From: a virus
Lineage: Duplodnaviria; Caudoviricetes
DNA: 64,000 nt
Reading direction: 5' to 3' (one strand)
IMG/VR virus record: IMGVR_UViG_3300029267_004155
Shown here: positions 1 to 7,227 of the stretch, one piece after another
Position numbering within the stretch: the first letter of the stretch is position 1
How the letters are laid out: each line of letters begins with the position of its first letter
Position numbers and translations under genes: made by a program
The notes under the pieces: model-generated
Databases searched by the model: none
Told to the model about the DNA's origin: nothing
The model's input: the letters and a program-made list of their open reading frames with translations, nothing else

Positions 1-31
1 GTCGGAGGTTCGATTCCTCCTGGGCCGACCA
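1..31 (+). tRNA. 3' part of a tRNA (cut by window edge)
   Basis: T-arm GGAGG-TTCGATT-CCTCC, acceptor strand and CCA; anticodon lies outside the window. Confidence 0.8.
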
Positions 32-45
32 ACAATTGAATATGT

Positions 46-120
46 GTCCCCATCGTCTAGCGGCCAGGATGCGAGGCCCTCAACCTCGTGACGCCGGTTC
101 GAGTCCGGCTGGGGATGCCA
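46..120 (+). tRNA. tRNA-Glu(CTC)
   Basis: Cloverleaf; anticodon arm CGAGG-CCCTCAA-CCTCG (C at position 33); CCA. Confidence 0.9.
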
Positions 121-232
121 GGATTGAGGGCTGCAATATGGCCGGAAAGCAAGTCGCGGGCTTTGCCGAGTTCCAAGACGCGCAGAAGCGGGTAGACGGC
201 AGTCCTGGGGGAGCGGCAAACTCCCCCGAACT

Positions 233-309
233 CGGGATGTGGCTCAGTCTGGTAGAGCGTCCGGCTGGGGGCCGGAAGGTCGCAGGTTCGATTCCTGCCA
301 TCCCGACCA
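233..309 (+). tRNA. tRNA-Pro(GGG)
   Basis: TCCGG-CTGGGGG-CCGGA; CGGGATG acceptor; CCA. Confidence 0.95.
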
Positions 310-319
310 TAGACTTGAG

Positions 320-398
320 AGCGGGGTGAATGTCGATTTGGTAAGACGCCAGGCTCATAACCTGGAGCATGTGGGTTCAACTCCCACCCCCGCCACCA
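320..398 (+). tRNA. tRNA-Met(CAT), possibly initiator-like
   Basis: CCAGG-CTCATAA-CCTGG; A1:C72 mismatch; CCA. Confidence 0.85.
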
Positions 399-463
399 AT
401 ATCGGGACGTGACGAGCGGTTTGACTCCGTCGCCTGAAGCGTGAATGGGCAAGCGTCCCACTT

Positions 464-538
464 GGCCCCATCGTCTAGTGGCAAGGACGTCGGGTTTTCA
501 TCCCGGAGACGGGGGTTCGATTCCCCCTGGGGCTACCA
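464..538 (+). tRNA. tRNA-Glu(TTC)
   Basis: TCGGG-TTTTCAT-CCCGG; CCA. Confidence 0.93.
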
Positions 539-546
539 GTTTTAGA

Positions 547-618
547 TGGCCCGTAGCTCAGCGGTAGAGCATGCGACTCATAATTGCGGGGTCCTCGGTT
601 CAATCCCGAGCGGGCCAA
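547..618 (+). tRNA. tRNA(CAT), probably Ile2 (lysidine type)
   Basis: TGCGA-CTCATAA-TTGCG resembles bacterial tRNA-Ile2; no encoded CCA. Confidence 0.8.
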
Positions 619-627
619 CTAGTTTTT

Positions 628-780
628 TGTTGCGATGATGGCCGGTACCGGCGAGGGAAAGTCATCAGATGGGCGCCAACCGGGTATTGCTCGGAAGAAG
701 GCACTGTCGGAAATCGGTGGTGGGGTGACGTCCGAAGCCGCCGTTCGCCGACGCCCGTTCCGTCTGGCGGCGGCCGCGAC
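628..780 (+). ncRNA. putative structured RNA, family unknown
   Basis: Nested complementary blocks GTTGC/GCGAC, GGCCG/CGGCC, CAGATGG/CCGTCTG between two tRNAs. Confidence 0.35.
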
Positions 781-787
781 ATCTTAT

Positions 788-864
788 CGGGATGTGGCTC
801 AGTCTGGTAGAGCGCCTCGTTCGGGGCGAGGAAGCCGGAGGTTCAAATCCTCTCATCCCGACCA
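788..864 (+). tRNA. tRNA-Pro(CGG)
   Basis: CCTCG-TTCGGGG-CGAGG; CCA. Confidence 0.95.
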
Positions 865-869
865 GTTTT

Positions 870-946
870 CGGGCGGTGGCGCAGTTTGGAAGCGCGCGGC
901 GTTTGGGGCGCTGAGGTCGCCGGTTCGAGCCCGGCCCGCCCGACCA
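870..946 (+). tRNA. tRNA-Pro(TGG)
   Basis: CGGCG-TTTGGGG-CGCTG; CCA. Confidence 0.95.
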
Positions 947-1126
947 GTCTCGGGATGTGTCCAGACGTGGAGAAACTGGACCGCAAAAACAAAAAACTCT
1001 CGCAGTAACGAGACCCGAAAGGGATAGGAAGTGAGGAAACTGCGTCAACAACACTCGGCCTCCGTAGCTCTGGGCGCTTACACCTACGGACCTTTTCGCA
1101 GGCAGGAAGATGGAGGAAGACGATTG

Positions 1127-2014
1127 ATGGACCTGATAGTGGAAACCGACATCGGGCACGATCCCGACGACTACTTCACGCTGTGCCACCTGCACGCCGC
1201 GGGTGTCAGGATCAGGGCGATCCTCGTCTCTCCCGGACACCGGTACCAGGTCGCCATCGCGAGGGCCTTCTGCGCGGAGGTCGGCCTGGATGTCCCTGTC
1301 GGGATCGCGAAGGAGACGAGCGTCGTCAAGACCGGAGGGACGTCGTTCCACATGGCGCTCCTGAGGAAGATGGGACATCCGACCGAGGCGGACCCCGACG
1401 GCTTCGGCCACGAGCTTCTGGGCGGGGTTCTCGAGGACCATCCGGACAGCGACGTCTTCATCTGCGGGCCGGTGAAGAACGTGGGCCGCTACATGATCGA
1501 GCATCCGGAGAGGGAGTTCGGGCGGGTCACGATGCAGGGTGGCTTTCTGGGATACGACCTTCATGGCCATGACGTCGAGAGGCTTCCCAAGTTCAAGGGC
1601 AAGGTGGCCGTGCCTACCTTCAACTTGAACGGGTCGAAGGACGAGGGCTTGTTCCTGGCGTCGCGGGCGAAGGTCGGGGACCTGAGGTTCGTCGGCAAGA
1701 ACGTCTGTCACACGATCCTGTACGACAGGGCGAGGCACGAGTGGATGAGGCGCAGGAAGCCTTCCTGCCGGGCGATGGAGCTGTTCATGGAAGGCATGGA
1801 CCTCTATCTCTACGGGAAGAGGCACCGGGAGAAGAAGTTCCACGACCCGACCGCTGCCGTGTGCCATCTGCATCCCGAGATCGGGACCTGGGTTGGCGGA
1901 AGGTTGTACCGGGAGGGAGGCTGGTGGGGGACGAAGGTCGAGGAGGGGACGAACACCAGGGTCTTGGCCGATGTTGACCGGGAGGGGCTTTGGGACTTTA
2001 TCAGAGGGTGTTAG
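1127..2014 (+). CDS. inosine/uridine-preferring nucleoside hydrolase family protein
   Basis: ETDIGHDPDD Asp cluster, CGPVKN, TFN and FHDP motifs; GGAGG RBS before ATG 1127. Confidence 0.8.
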   Translation: MDLIVETDIGHDPDDYFTLCHLHAAGVRIRAILVSPGHRYQVAIARAFCAEVGLDVPVGIAKETSVVKTGGTSFHMALLRKMGHPTEADPDGFGHELLGGVLEDHPDSDVFICGPVKNVGRYMIEHPEREFGRVTMQGGFLGYDLHGHDVERLPKFKGKVAVPTFNLNGSKDEGLFLASRAKVGDLRFVGKNVCHTILYDRARHEWMRRRKPSCRAMELFMEGMDLYLYGKRHREKKFHDPTAAVCHLHPEIGTWVGGRLYREGGWWGTKVEEGTNTRVLADVDREGLWDFIRGC

Positions 2015-2033
2015 GGCCCGTCCGGCCATGGAT

Positions 2034-2107
2034 TGCCCCGTGGTGTAATGGCAGCACAAGTGTCTTTGGAGCACTCGGTTCTGGTTCGAGTCCAGGCGGG
2101 GCAGCCA
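2034..2107 (+). tRNA. tRNA-Gln(TTG)
   Basis: AGTGT-CTTTGGA-GCACT; CCA. Confidence 0.93.
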
Positions 2108-2169
2108 TCTCCTGGGCGCGGGCAGGCCGGGGCCGGCCTCGATCCCCGTCGGAAAAACCGAGAGGTCGC

Positions 2170-2198
2170 TTGGCAAATTCGGGCGAGCGGCGTATAAT
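2170..2198 (+). promoter_or_regulatory. sigma70-like promoter of the attenuated tRNA operon
   Basis: TTGGCA-N17-TATAAT; -10 belongs to the GGCGTATAAT class. Confidence 0.75.
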
Positions 2199-2222
2199 AA
2201 GGCAACGAAAGGCAACTACGTC

Positions 2223-2306
2223 ATGCTGACGGGAACCACAACGAAAGACAATACCTGGGGCGGCAAGCCCGCCCACGGGGGTCTTTCGCTTGGAGTTCAA
2301 GCGTAG
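2223..2306 (+). CDS. putative attenuator leader peptide MLTGTTTKDNTWGGKPAHGGLSLGVQA (27 aa)
   Basis: GAAAGG RBS-like at 2207-2212; ORF overlaps mutually exclusive helices and ends upstream of a terminator. Confidence 0.65.
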   Translation: MLTGTTTKDNTWGGKPAHGGLSLGVQA

Positions 2307-2327
2307 ACGGTGGCGAGCGCGCTGTGA

Positions 2328-2363
2328 GACCCCCGGCCCGAAAGGGCGCGGGGGTTTTTCTTT
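2328..2363 (+). terminator. intrinsic terminator (attenuator) abutting tRNA-Gly
   Basis: GACCCCCGGCCC-GAAA-GGGCGCGGGGGTT followed by TTTCTTT. Confidence 0.85.
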
Positions 2364-2439
2364 GCGGCAGTAGCTCAGTCGGAAGAGCACCTGCTTGCCA
2401 AGCAGGAGGCCACGGGTTCGAGCCCCGTCTGTCGCACCA
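2364..2439 (+). tRNA. tRNA-Gly(GCC)
   Basis: CCTGC-TTGCCAA-GCAGG; CCA. Confidence 0.95.
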
Positions 2440-2450
2440 GGTTTCATGAT

Positions 2451-2527
2451 AGGTCCGTAGCTCAATCGGCTAGAGCACCGGTCTCCAAAACCGGCGGTTC
2501 TCGGTTCGACCCCGAGCGGGCCTGCCA
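2451..2527 (+). tRNA. tRNA-Trp(CCA)
   Basis: CCGGT-CTCCAAA-ACCGG; CCA. Confidence 0.95.
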
Positions 2528-2531
2528 AGAA

Positions 2532-2607
2532 CGGCTCGTAGCTCAGTTGGTAGAGCATCCGCCTTTTAAGCGGAACGCCGAGGGTTCGAGTCCCTCCGAG
2601 CCGACCA
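2532..2607 (+). tRNA. tRNA-Lys(TTT)
   Basis: TCCGC-CTTTTAA-GCGGA; CCA. Confidence 0.95.
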
Positions 2608-2621
2608 GAAATTCGGAGCGA

Positions 2622-2658
2622 GTGGAAAACCTTGCTCGTTCGGCAATGTAGGGTGGAG
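2622..2658 (+). promoter_or_regulatory. repeated bipartite motif, copy 1 (putative phage promoter)
   Basis: GTGGAAAA-N12-GGCAATGTAGGGTGGAG. Confidence 0.7.
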
Positions 2659-2688
2659 ACGAGGTTCAACAGAAGGAGATGTGATCGA

Positions 2689-2762
2689 GGTTCCGTAGCT
2701 TAGAGGTAGAGCGGGCGGCTCGGACCGCGTGGCCGCAGGTTCGAGCCCTGCCGGGACCTCCA
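2689..2762 (+). tRNA. atypical tRNA-like gene (6-nt anticodon loop)
   Basis: Intact acceptor, D and T arms plus CCA; anticodon arm GCGG-CTCGGA-CCGC. Confidence 0.65.
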
Positions 2763-2783
2763 ACTCGACAGGAGAGTCTATTC

Positions 2784-2860
2784 GCACCCGTAGCTCAGTT
2801 GGCTAGAGCGGCTGACTCTTAATCAGCAGGTTCTCGGTTCGAACCCGAGCGGGTGTGCCA
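2784..2860 (+). tRNA. tRNA-Lys(CTT)
   Basis: GCTGA-CTCTTAA-TCAGC; CCA. Confidence 0.95.
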
Positions 2861-2871
2861 ACAATTCAGAT

Positions 2872-2967
2872 GCCGATGTGGTGTAATGGTAGCACACCGG
2901 GTAAACCGGAGGTTTTCCTCGATCAGCGCGCGTAGTCGAGGCGGTTCAAGTCCAGACATCGGCTCCA
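2872..2967 (+). tRNA. atypical Thr-like tRNA (shrunken anticodon loop, inserted hairpin)
   Basis: GCCGATG/CATCGGC acceptor plus TCCA; CCGG-GTAAA-CCGG; extra CCTCGA...TCGAGG hairpin before the T loop. Confidence 0.6.
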
Positions 2968-3085
2968 ACAACTTAGGCGACACCTGCCTGTCCGAAGAAG
3001 GTCCGGCGACGAGCGGGGACGAACCCGTGGACGACCAGGCTGGAGGAGAAGTGGTGTGACTCGGGTGAGAGCAGGCCCGCATTAA

Positions 3086-3162
3086 GCCCGGATAGCTCAG
3101 TGGCTAAGAGCAGCCGATTCGTAATCGGCAGGTCGAGGGTTCGAGTCCCTCTCTGGGCTCCA
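3086..3162 (+). tRNA. tRNA-Thr(CGT)
   Basis: GCCGA-TTCGTAA-TCGGC; CCA. Confidence 0.95.
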
Positions 3163-3165
3163 GAC

Positions 3166-3239
3166 TCCCCCATGGTGTAATGGTAGCACGTAGGACTGTT
3201 AATCCTTTGGTCCTGGTTCGAGTCCAGGTGGGGGAACCA
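3166..3239 (+). tRNA. tRNA-Asn(GTT)
   Basis: AGGA-CTGTTAA-TCCT; CCA. Confidence 0.93.
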
Positions 3240-3289
3240 ACTCAAGCCGGGTCGACGAGATCGGCCGTCAGGGAAAAGGAGGCAGGGAC

Positions 3290-4732
3290 ATGAAGAGGGA
3301 AGAGACGATTCGGAAGCTGTACGAGTGCGTTCAGACGCGTCCGCGTCCGGAGGATGTTGCCGAGGTCGTGCTGGAGGCATTGCTTCCGCGGCTGTCGCTG
3401 GCCCAGAGGAACGTCTTGAAGCAGGCGACCAGGATCTCGACGAGGAGCCACCTCCTGGGCTACTCGTCCATGGCCGCGGACTTCCATCGCCCGACGGGCA
3501 TGGAGAAGCCGGTCAAGGTGGCGTCCGAGCTCTTCTCCGTTCCGATGCTGTCGGTGGAGGAGTGCCTCGACCCGGAGAGGGTGGAGGTCTTCGTCCAGGG
3601 CGTGTCGTCGGCCATCGGCAAGAGCTACGGGCAGTCCGACTTCCTGAAGCACCGGATGAACCGGGAGCAGCGGGCGCAGGCGGGCCTCGACATGGGGCAC
3701 CGCGCCTACAACAAGCGCTTCAGGCTCCTGGGCCGGATGGAGTCCAAGCTCCTGAGGATGGTCCGCGAGCGGAAGAAGTACGTCCTGACCCGGATCGGCA
3801 AGAGCGGCTTCGCCGTGGAGATCGACTTCGACGACTTCTCCGCCGACCTGGGCACGGCCTGCTTCGTGGCGTACATGAGCGCGAGGATGAGCCTTCGGAG
3901 CACCTTCACGAACGACTCCCAGGTTCGGGCCTTCGACGTGGTGGCCAAGATGCTGTACGACCGCCTGACCAAGTCCAACACGGCCAGGTGGGACGTCGTG
4001 GCCGCCGTCTATCCGGTGGACAGGGTCCTGAGGCTCCTGACGGACTACCAGAAGGGCGCCATGCTCGCGAGGGCGTGGGGTCTCCTGGAGGACGCGTGCG
4101 ACCTTCTCACGGAGGTCTGGGAGGGTTCCGGCGGCGGCATCGACCTGGAGAGGATGGTGGTGCGGCGCGGGTGCGACTCGTCGACGTGGAACCAGTCGGC
4201 CGGCGGGTGGAACAAGGCCCGGGACCACTGGGTGTCGATGCTTCACGCCATGGGCATGGGCTCCATGCTTGAGGCCCTGTGCCCGGGCAAGGTCATGAGG
4301 CTGATGGCGGCGGACGTGGTCCGTTGGCACCTGGCCTCGGGCGGCGACGTCCATCCGGGGACCAAGGTGTGGGCTGAGCTTCCGTACCCGTGGGACGTCG
4401 TCGCGGGCAAGGAGCGGTGCACGAAGGAGATGGTGGTGGCCGCGTGCGAGAGGCACGGCGTCGAGCCGGCGTCCTGGGTCGGGCCGAGGAGGCGTGCCCG
4501 GGCCGTGGAGTTCACGCCGACCCCCGAGCTGGTGCACGGCGTCGCCGTGTCGAGCCCGGGACTGGCTCTCGCCCTGCGGAGGGCCGGGGTCTTCTCGGCC
4601 AAGGCCCTCAGGGCCGAGCATCTCCCGGCCGGCGGCTTCCATGTCGACAGGGACGGCGACGGCTTCGCGCTCGGGGCGACCGACGCGAATTCTCACGGGT
4701 CGGGCCGGAAGGTCCGGGCCGCGGGCGTATAG
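3290..4732 (+). CDS. hypothetical protein (480 aa)
   Basis: AGGAGG RBS, GC3-biased codon use. Confidence 0.85.
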   Translation: MKREETIRKLYECVQTRPRPEDVAEVVLEALLPRLSLAQRNVLKQATRISTRSHLLGYSSMAADFHRPTGMEKPVKVASELFSVPMLSVEECLDPERVEVFVQGVSSAIGKSYGQSDFLKHRMNREQRAQAGLDMGHRAYNKRFRLLGRMESKLLRMVRERKKYVLTRIGKSGFAVEIDFDDFSADLGTACFVAYMSARMSLRSTFTNDSQVRAFDVVAKMLYDRLTKSNTARWDVVAAVYPVDRVLRLLTDYQKGAMLARAWGLLEDACDLLTEVWEGSGGGIDLERMVVRRGCDSSTWNQSAGGWNKARDHWVSMLHAMGMGSMLEALCPGKVMRLMAADVVRWHLASGGDVHPGTKVWAELPYPWDVVAGKERCTKEMVVAACERHGVEPASWVGPRRRARAVEFTPTPELVHGVAVSSPGLALALRRAGVFSAKALRAEHLPAGGFHVDRDGDGFALGATDANSHGSGRKVRAAGV

Positions 4733-4745
4733 TAGGAGTGGATGC

Positions 4746-4822
4746 AGGTGTGTAGCTCAGTGGTAGAGCGTCCCGGCTCTTTTTCCGGGAGGACGCAGGT
4801 TCGAGCCCTGCCTCACCTGCCA
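4746..4822 (+). tRNA. atypical tRNA-like gene, copy A (8-nt pyrimidine anticodon loop)
   Basis: Normal D/T arms and CCA; TCCCGG-CTCTTTTT-CCGGGA. Confidence 0.7.
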
Positions 4823-4829
4823 ATCTTGT

Positions 4830-4907
4830 CTCGACGTAGCTCAGTGGTAGAGCGTCCCGGCTCTTTTTCCGGGAGGACGCAGGTTCGAGCCCTGTCGTTC
4901 GAGGCCA
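4830..4907 (+). tRNA. atypical tRNA-like gene, copy B
   Basis: 59-bp core identical to copy A (4752-4810 = 4836-4894); different, bulged acceptor stem; CCA. Confidence 0.65.
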
Positions 4908-5015
4908 TTTGGTTTTCGACCCCTGTCGGTTCGACTCCGACGTCCGGCTCCTATACTAGTTGCACGGGAGGCGGCCACACCGGTTGGAAGGGTGGGCCCG
5001 GGGGTCTTTCTTGAC

Positions 5016-5085
5016 GTCCCCGGCTCAATGGAGAGCTGGGCACTTGTGGCGCCCAGACGCCAGTTCGATTCTGGCAGGGGCTCCA
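5016..5085 (+). pseudogene. degenerate tRNA, possibly Thr(TGT)-like
   Basis: GCTC/GAGC D arm, GCCAG-TTCGATT-CTGGC T arm, TCCA end; imperfect acceptor and anticodon stems. Confidence 0.5.
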
Positions 5086-5258
5086 TCCTCCGTTCCGCGT
5101 CCCTGGTCCGAGCCCGAGGGCAGGCCGCGTCTTTCTTCTCCTCCTTGGCGGCGTATAATCCCATGACGAATCATGGAGGGCGCTGACGACGTAGAATGGG
5201 ATGGAGAGCTTTGCGGACTGGTGGCGGTAGCCAGAGAGCGAGAACAAGGAGATGCGAG

Positions 5259-5474
5259 ATGATCTATCGGGGCAAATGGTTCACGGTGAGGGTCGAGGAG
5301 CTGGCGGAGGTTGGCGTCTCGACGTCGCAGGGGAACAAGGGTGAGGTCGTGCGCGGGCTGCACGTGACGCACAGGTCGGGGACGCAGAACCGGACGTCTT
5401 ACGCCGACGAGGCGGAGCTCATGAGGGACTACGAGGGGCTCGCCGCGGCCATGGAGAAGGTGGACGACAAGTAG
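5259..5474 (+). CDS. hypothetical protein
   Basis: AAGGAG RBS. Confidence 0.65.
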   Translation: MIYRGKWFTVRVEELAEVGVSTSQGNKGEVVRGLHVTHRSGTQNRTSYADEAELMRDYEGLAAAMEKVDDK

Positions 5475-5486
5475 GAGGGGAGAGCC

Positions 5487-6125
5487 ATGTTCGACGGAGT
5501 CAAGCTGTCGAAGAAGTTCCTGTCCAGGCGAGACACGTTCTTCGTGTCGCCGTCCTGGTTCGGCTGTGGGCACTGGGCGGTCCGGAGGGAGATGCTTCTT
5601 TCCCCGGACCTTTCCGGCCTGGGAGCTGGCGGGGTGGAGCTGACGACGGGCGAGATTGCCACGAAGCTCGGCCTCGAGCCTTACAGGGCGCAGTGGCATT
5701 GGAGGGAGGACGACATGTTCGAGGCCATGCTCTGCCCGGAGCCGGACGGTGCCGAGAGGTTCCGCCGGCAGGAGTGGGTGAAGGTGGGCTGCGACTCGGG
5801 TCGGAATGTCGACTCGGTCCTGTTCCAGGGGGATGACTCGGGGACCCCGTGCTTCATCGACAGGGACTTCGTCCAGACGTTCGACGTCGACGAGCTCGTG
5901 ATGGGCGCCGGCGGGAAGGTCGCGATGCACGATCCGGAAAGGCGCGTCGTCATCGCCAGGAGGGTCGGGGACCTTCCGCGCGTGATGGTGACGAAGGATC
6001 GGGTCATCCGGGAGGAGGACCTGATGGCGGCGGTCCGGGACGCGTGCGCCGAAGCGAAGCTCGATCCGGGTGTCGGTGGCCAGCTCTCGTATGCGATCGG
6101 CAGGAGGATAGGGGTGGCGGTGTGA
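5487..6125 (+). CDS. hypothetical protein
   Basis: GGAGG RBS, codon bias. Confidence 0.8.
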   Translation: MFDGVKLSKKFLSRRDTFFVSPSWFGCGHWAVRREMLLSPDLSGLGAGGVELTTGEIATKLGLEPYRAQWHWREDDMFEAMLCPEPDGAERFRRQEWVKVGCDSGRNVDSVLFQGDDSGTPCFIDRDFVQTFDVDELVMGAGGKVAMHDPERRVVIARRVGDLPRVMVTKDRVIREEDLMAAVRDACAEAKLDPGVGGQLSYAIGRRIGVAV

Positions 6126-6237
6126 CATGGCCTGGCTGTGTGTTCGAATATGCAGTCTCGTGCGTGATTTGGACCGCCGTCGGGCGCCGGCTGGCACCGA
6201 GGCTTGATTTTTCTGTGAGATCGAGTATAATATTGAC

Positions 6238-6388
6238 AAGAGAGGCTACCCGCGGGTCCTTAGGGGCCCGGGCTGGGGCAGTTGCCGACGACACCCCGGG
6301 ATTGTGCGCCGGGATGGCAGAGGACGCGGTGTCGGTCGGGAAGCCGATCTCCAAGTTGGCCCGCCGAGAGGCGGGCCTTCCTCTTTTT
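6238..6388 (+). ncRNA. putative stand-alone small RNA
   Basis: TTGATT-N16-TATAAT (6204-6231); internal helices; terminator GGCCCGCC-GAGA-GGCGGGCC plus T-tract. Confidence 0.5.
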
Positions 6389-6429
6389 GGGGATGGCCCG
6401 ATGCCGGGGTGGCTCGTCGACGCGGGCGC

Positions 6430-7170
6430 TCATCCCCACGGCGGATCGTCGGGATAGCCGAAGGCGTCGAAGTCGGCGGAGAAGATTCTCCTGACGGCCC
6501 GCAGGAGCCGGTCGTCGTAGAAGTGTCGGTACGGGGGCACGCCGGCGCTGGTCGGGTAGAAGCGCGTGTCCGGGTCGCACCTCATCGCCGGGACGACCGT
6601 CTGGTGGTGGGAGGGGGTCGGGAGGCCGTCGAAGGAGTAGTCCGTCCCGTGGAGCCGGTTGAACTCGGAGAGCCCGCTGGCGGCGTCCTCGATCCTGACG
6701 ACGTGGTAGCGGTTCGGGAAGGTCCTGTCGTGCAGGCTCAGCTGGGAGCCGACGTGAGGGTTGAAGGTCTCCAGGTCGAGGCGTTCGAGCTCGGAGACGA
6801 ACTCTCGGAAGGTCATGCCGGCGAACCTGCGGGGCCATTCGAGGTGAGGCCCCGCGGTCCTGGCCATGACGACGGCGTGGAAGTAGCTGCTGACGGTCCT
6901 CGCGTATGGGTTCCTGGACGTCCGGATGCCTGGGACTGACGGGTCGGAGAGGGCGTCGAGGGTGGCCGGGTGCGCGGCGTGGTGGGGGCCGATCCGGTAG
7001 ACGTGCACCCACGGGTCGTGCCGGAGGGCCTCGTCCAGGAGGCCGATCGATCTGAGGACGGCCTGGACCAGCATGGTGCAGCCGGCCTTGTGGTTCAGGC
7101 GAGCCAGGACGCCCCGAGACGGGTCCAGCATGAGGTAGAACTTGAGATAGTGGTCGAGGTGGTTGTCCAT
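6430..7170 (-). CDS. sulfotransferase family 2 protein
   Basis: HKAGCT (5'-PAPS loop), RNPYARTVSSY and DFDAFGY motifs; AAGGAG RBS. Confidence 0.8.
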   Translation of the reverse strand: MDNHLDHYLKFYLMLDPSRGVLARLNHKAGCTMLVQAVLRSIGLLDEALRHDPWVHVYRIGPHHAAHPATLDALSDPSVPGIRTSRNPYARTVSSYFHAVVMARTAGPHLEWPRRFAGMTFREFVSELERLDLETFNPHVGSQLSLHDRTFPNRYHVVRIEDAASGLSEFNRLHGTDYSFDGLPTPSHHQTVVPAMRCDPDTRFYPTSAGVPPYRHFYDDRLLRAVRRIFSADFDAFGYPDDPPWG

Positions 7171-7227
7171 CGGTGCTCCTTTTGACGTATAGTAGGCCGT
7201 AAGGAGATTGTCTGCAAGGAGGTCGCG

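Noticed and set aside
628-780. RNase P, SRP RNA or hammerhead ribozyme
   Set aside because: GAGGGAAAGTC resembles the RNase P 5' motif, but the P4 partner is missing and the region is too short. SRP and hammerhead cores are incomplete.
947-1030. tmRNA tag region (GCA AAA ACA...)
   Set aside because: No tRNA-Ala-like ends and no hydrophobic Ala-Ala-type tag end.
36-3380. ORF-track ORFs overlapping the tRNA array
   Set aside because: They run through clear tRNA genes and lack coding signals; only 1127-2014 and the leader ORF are kept.
4925-4951. Additional tRNA
   Set aside because: Only an isolated T arm (GTCGG-TTCGACT-CCGAC); no D or anticodon arm.
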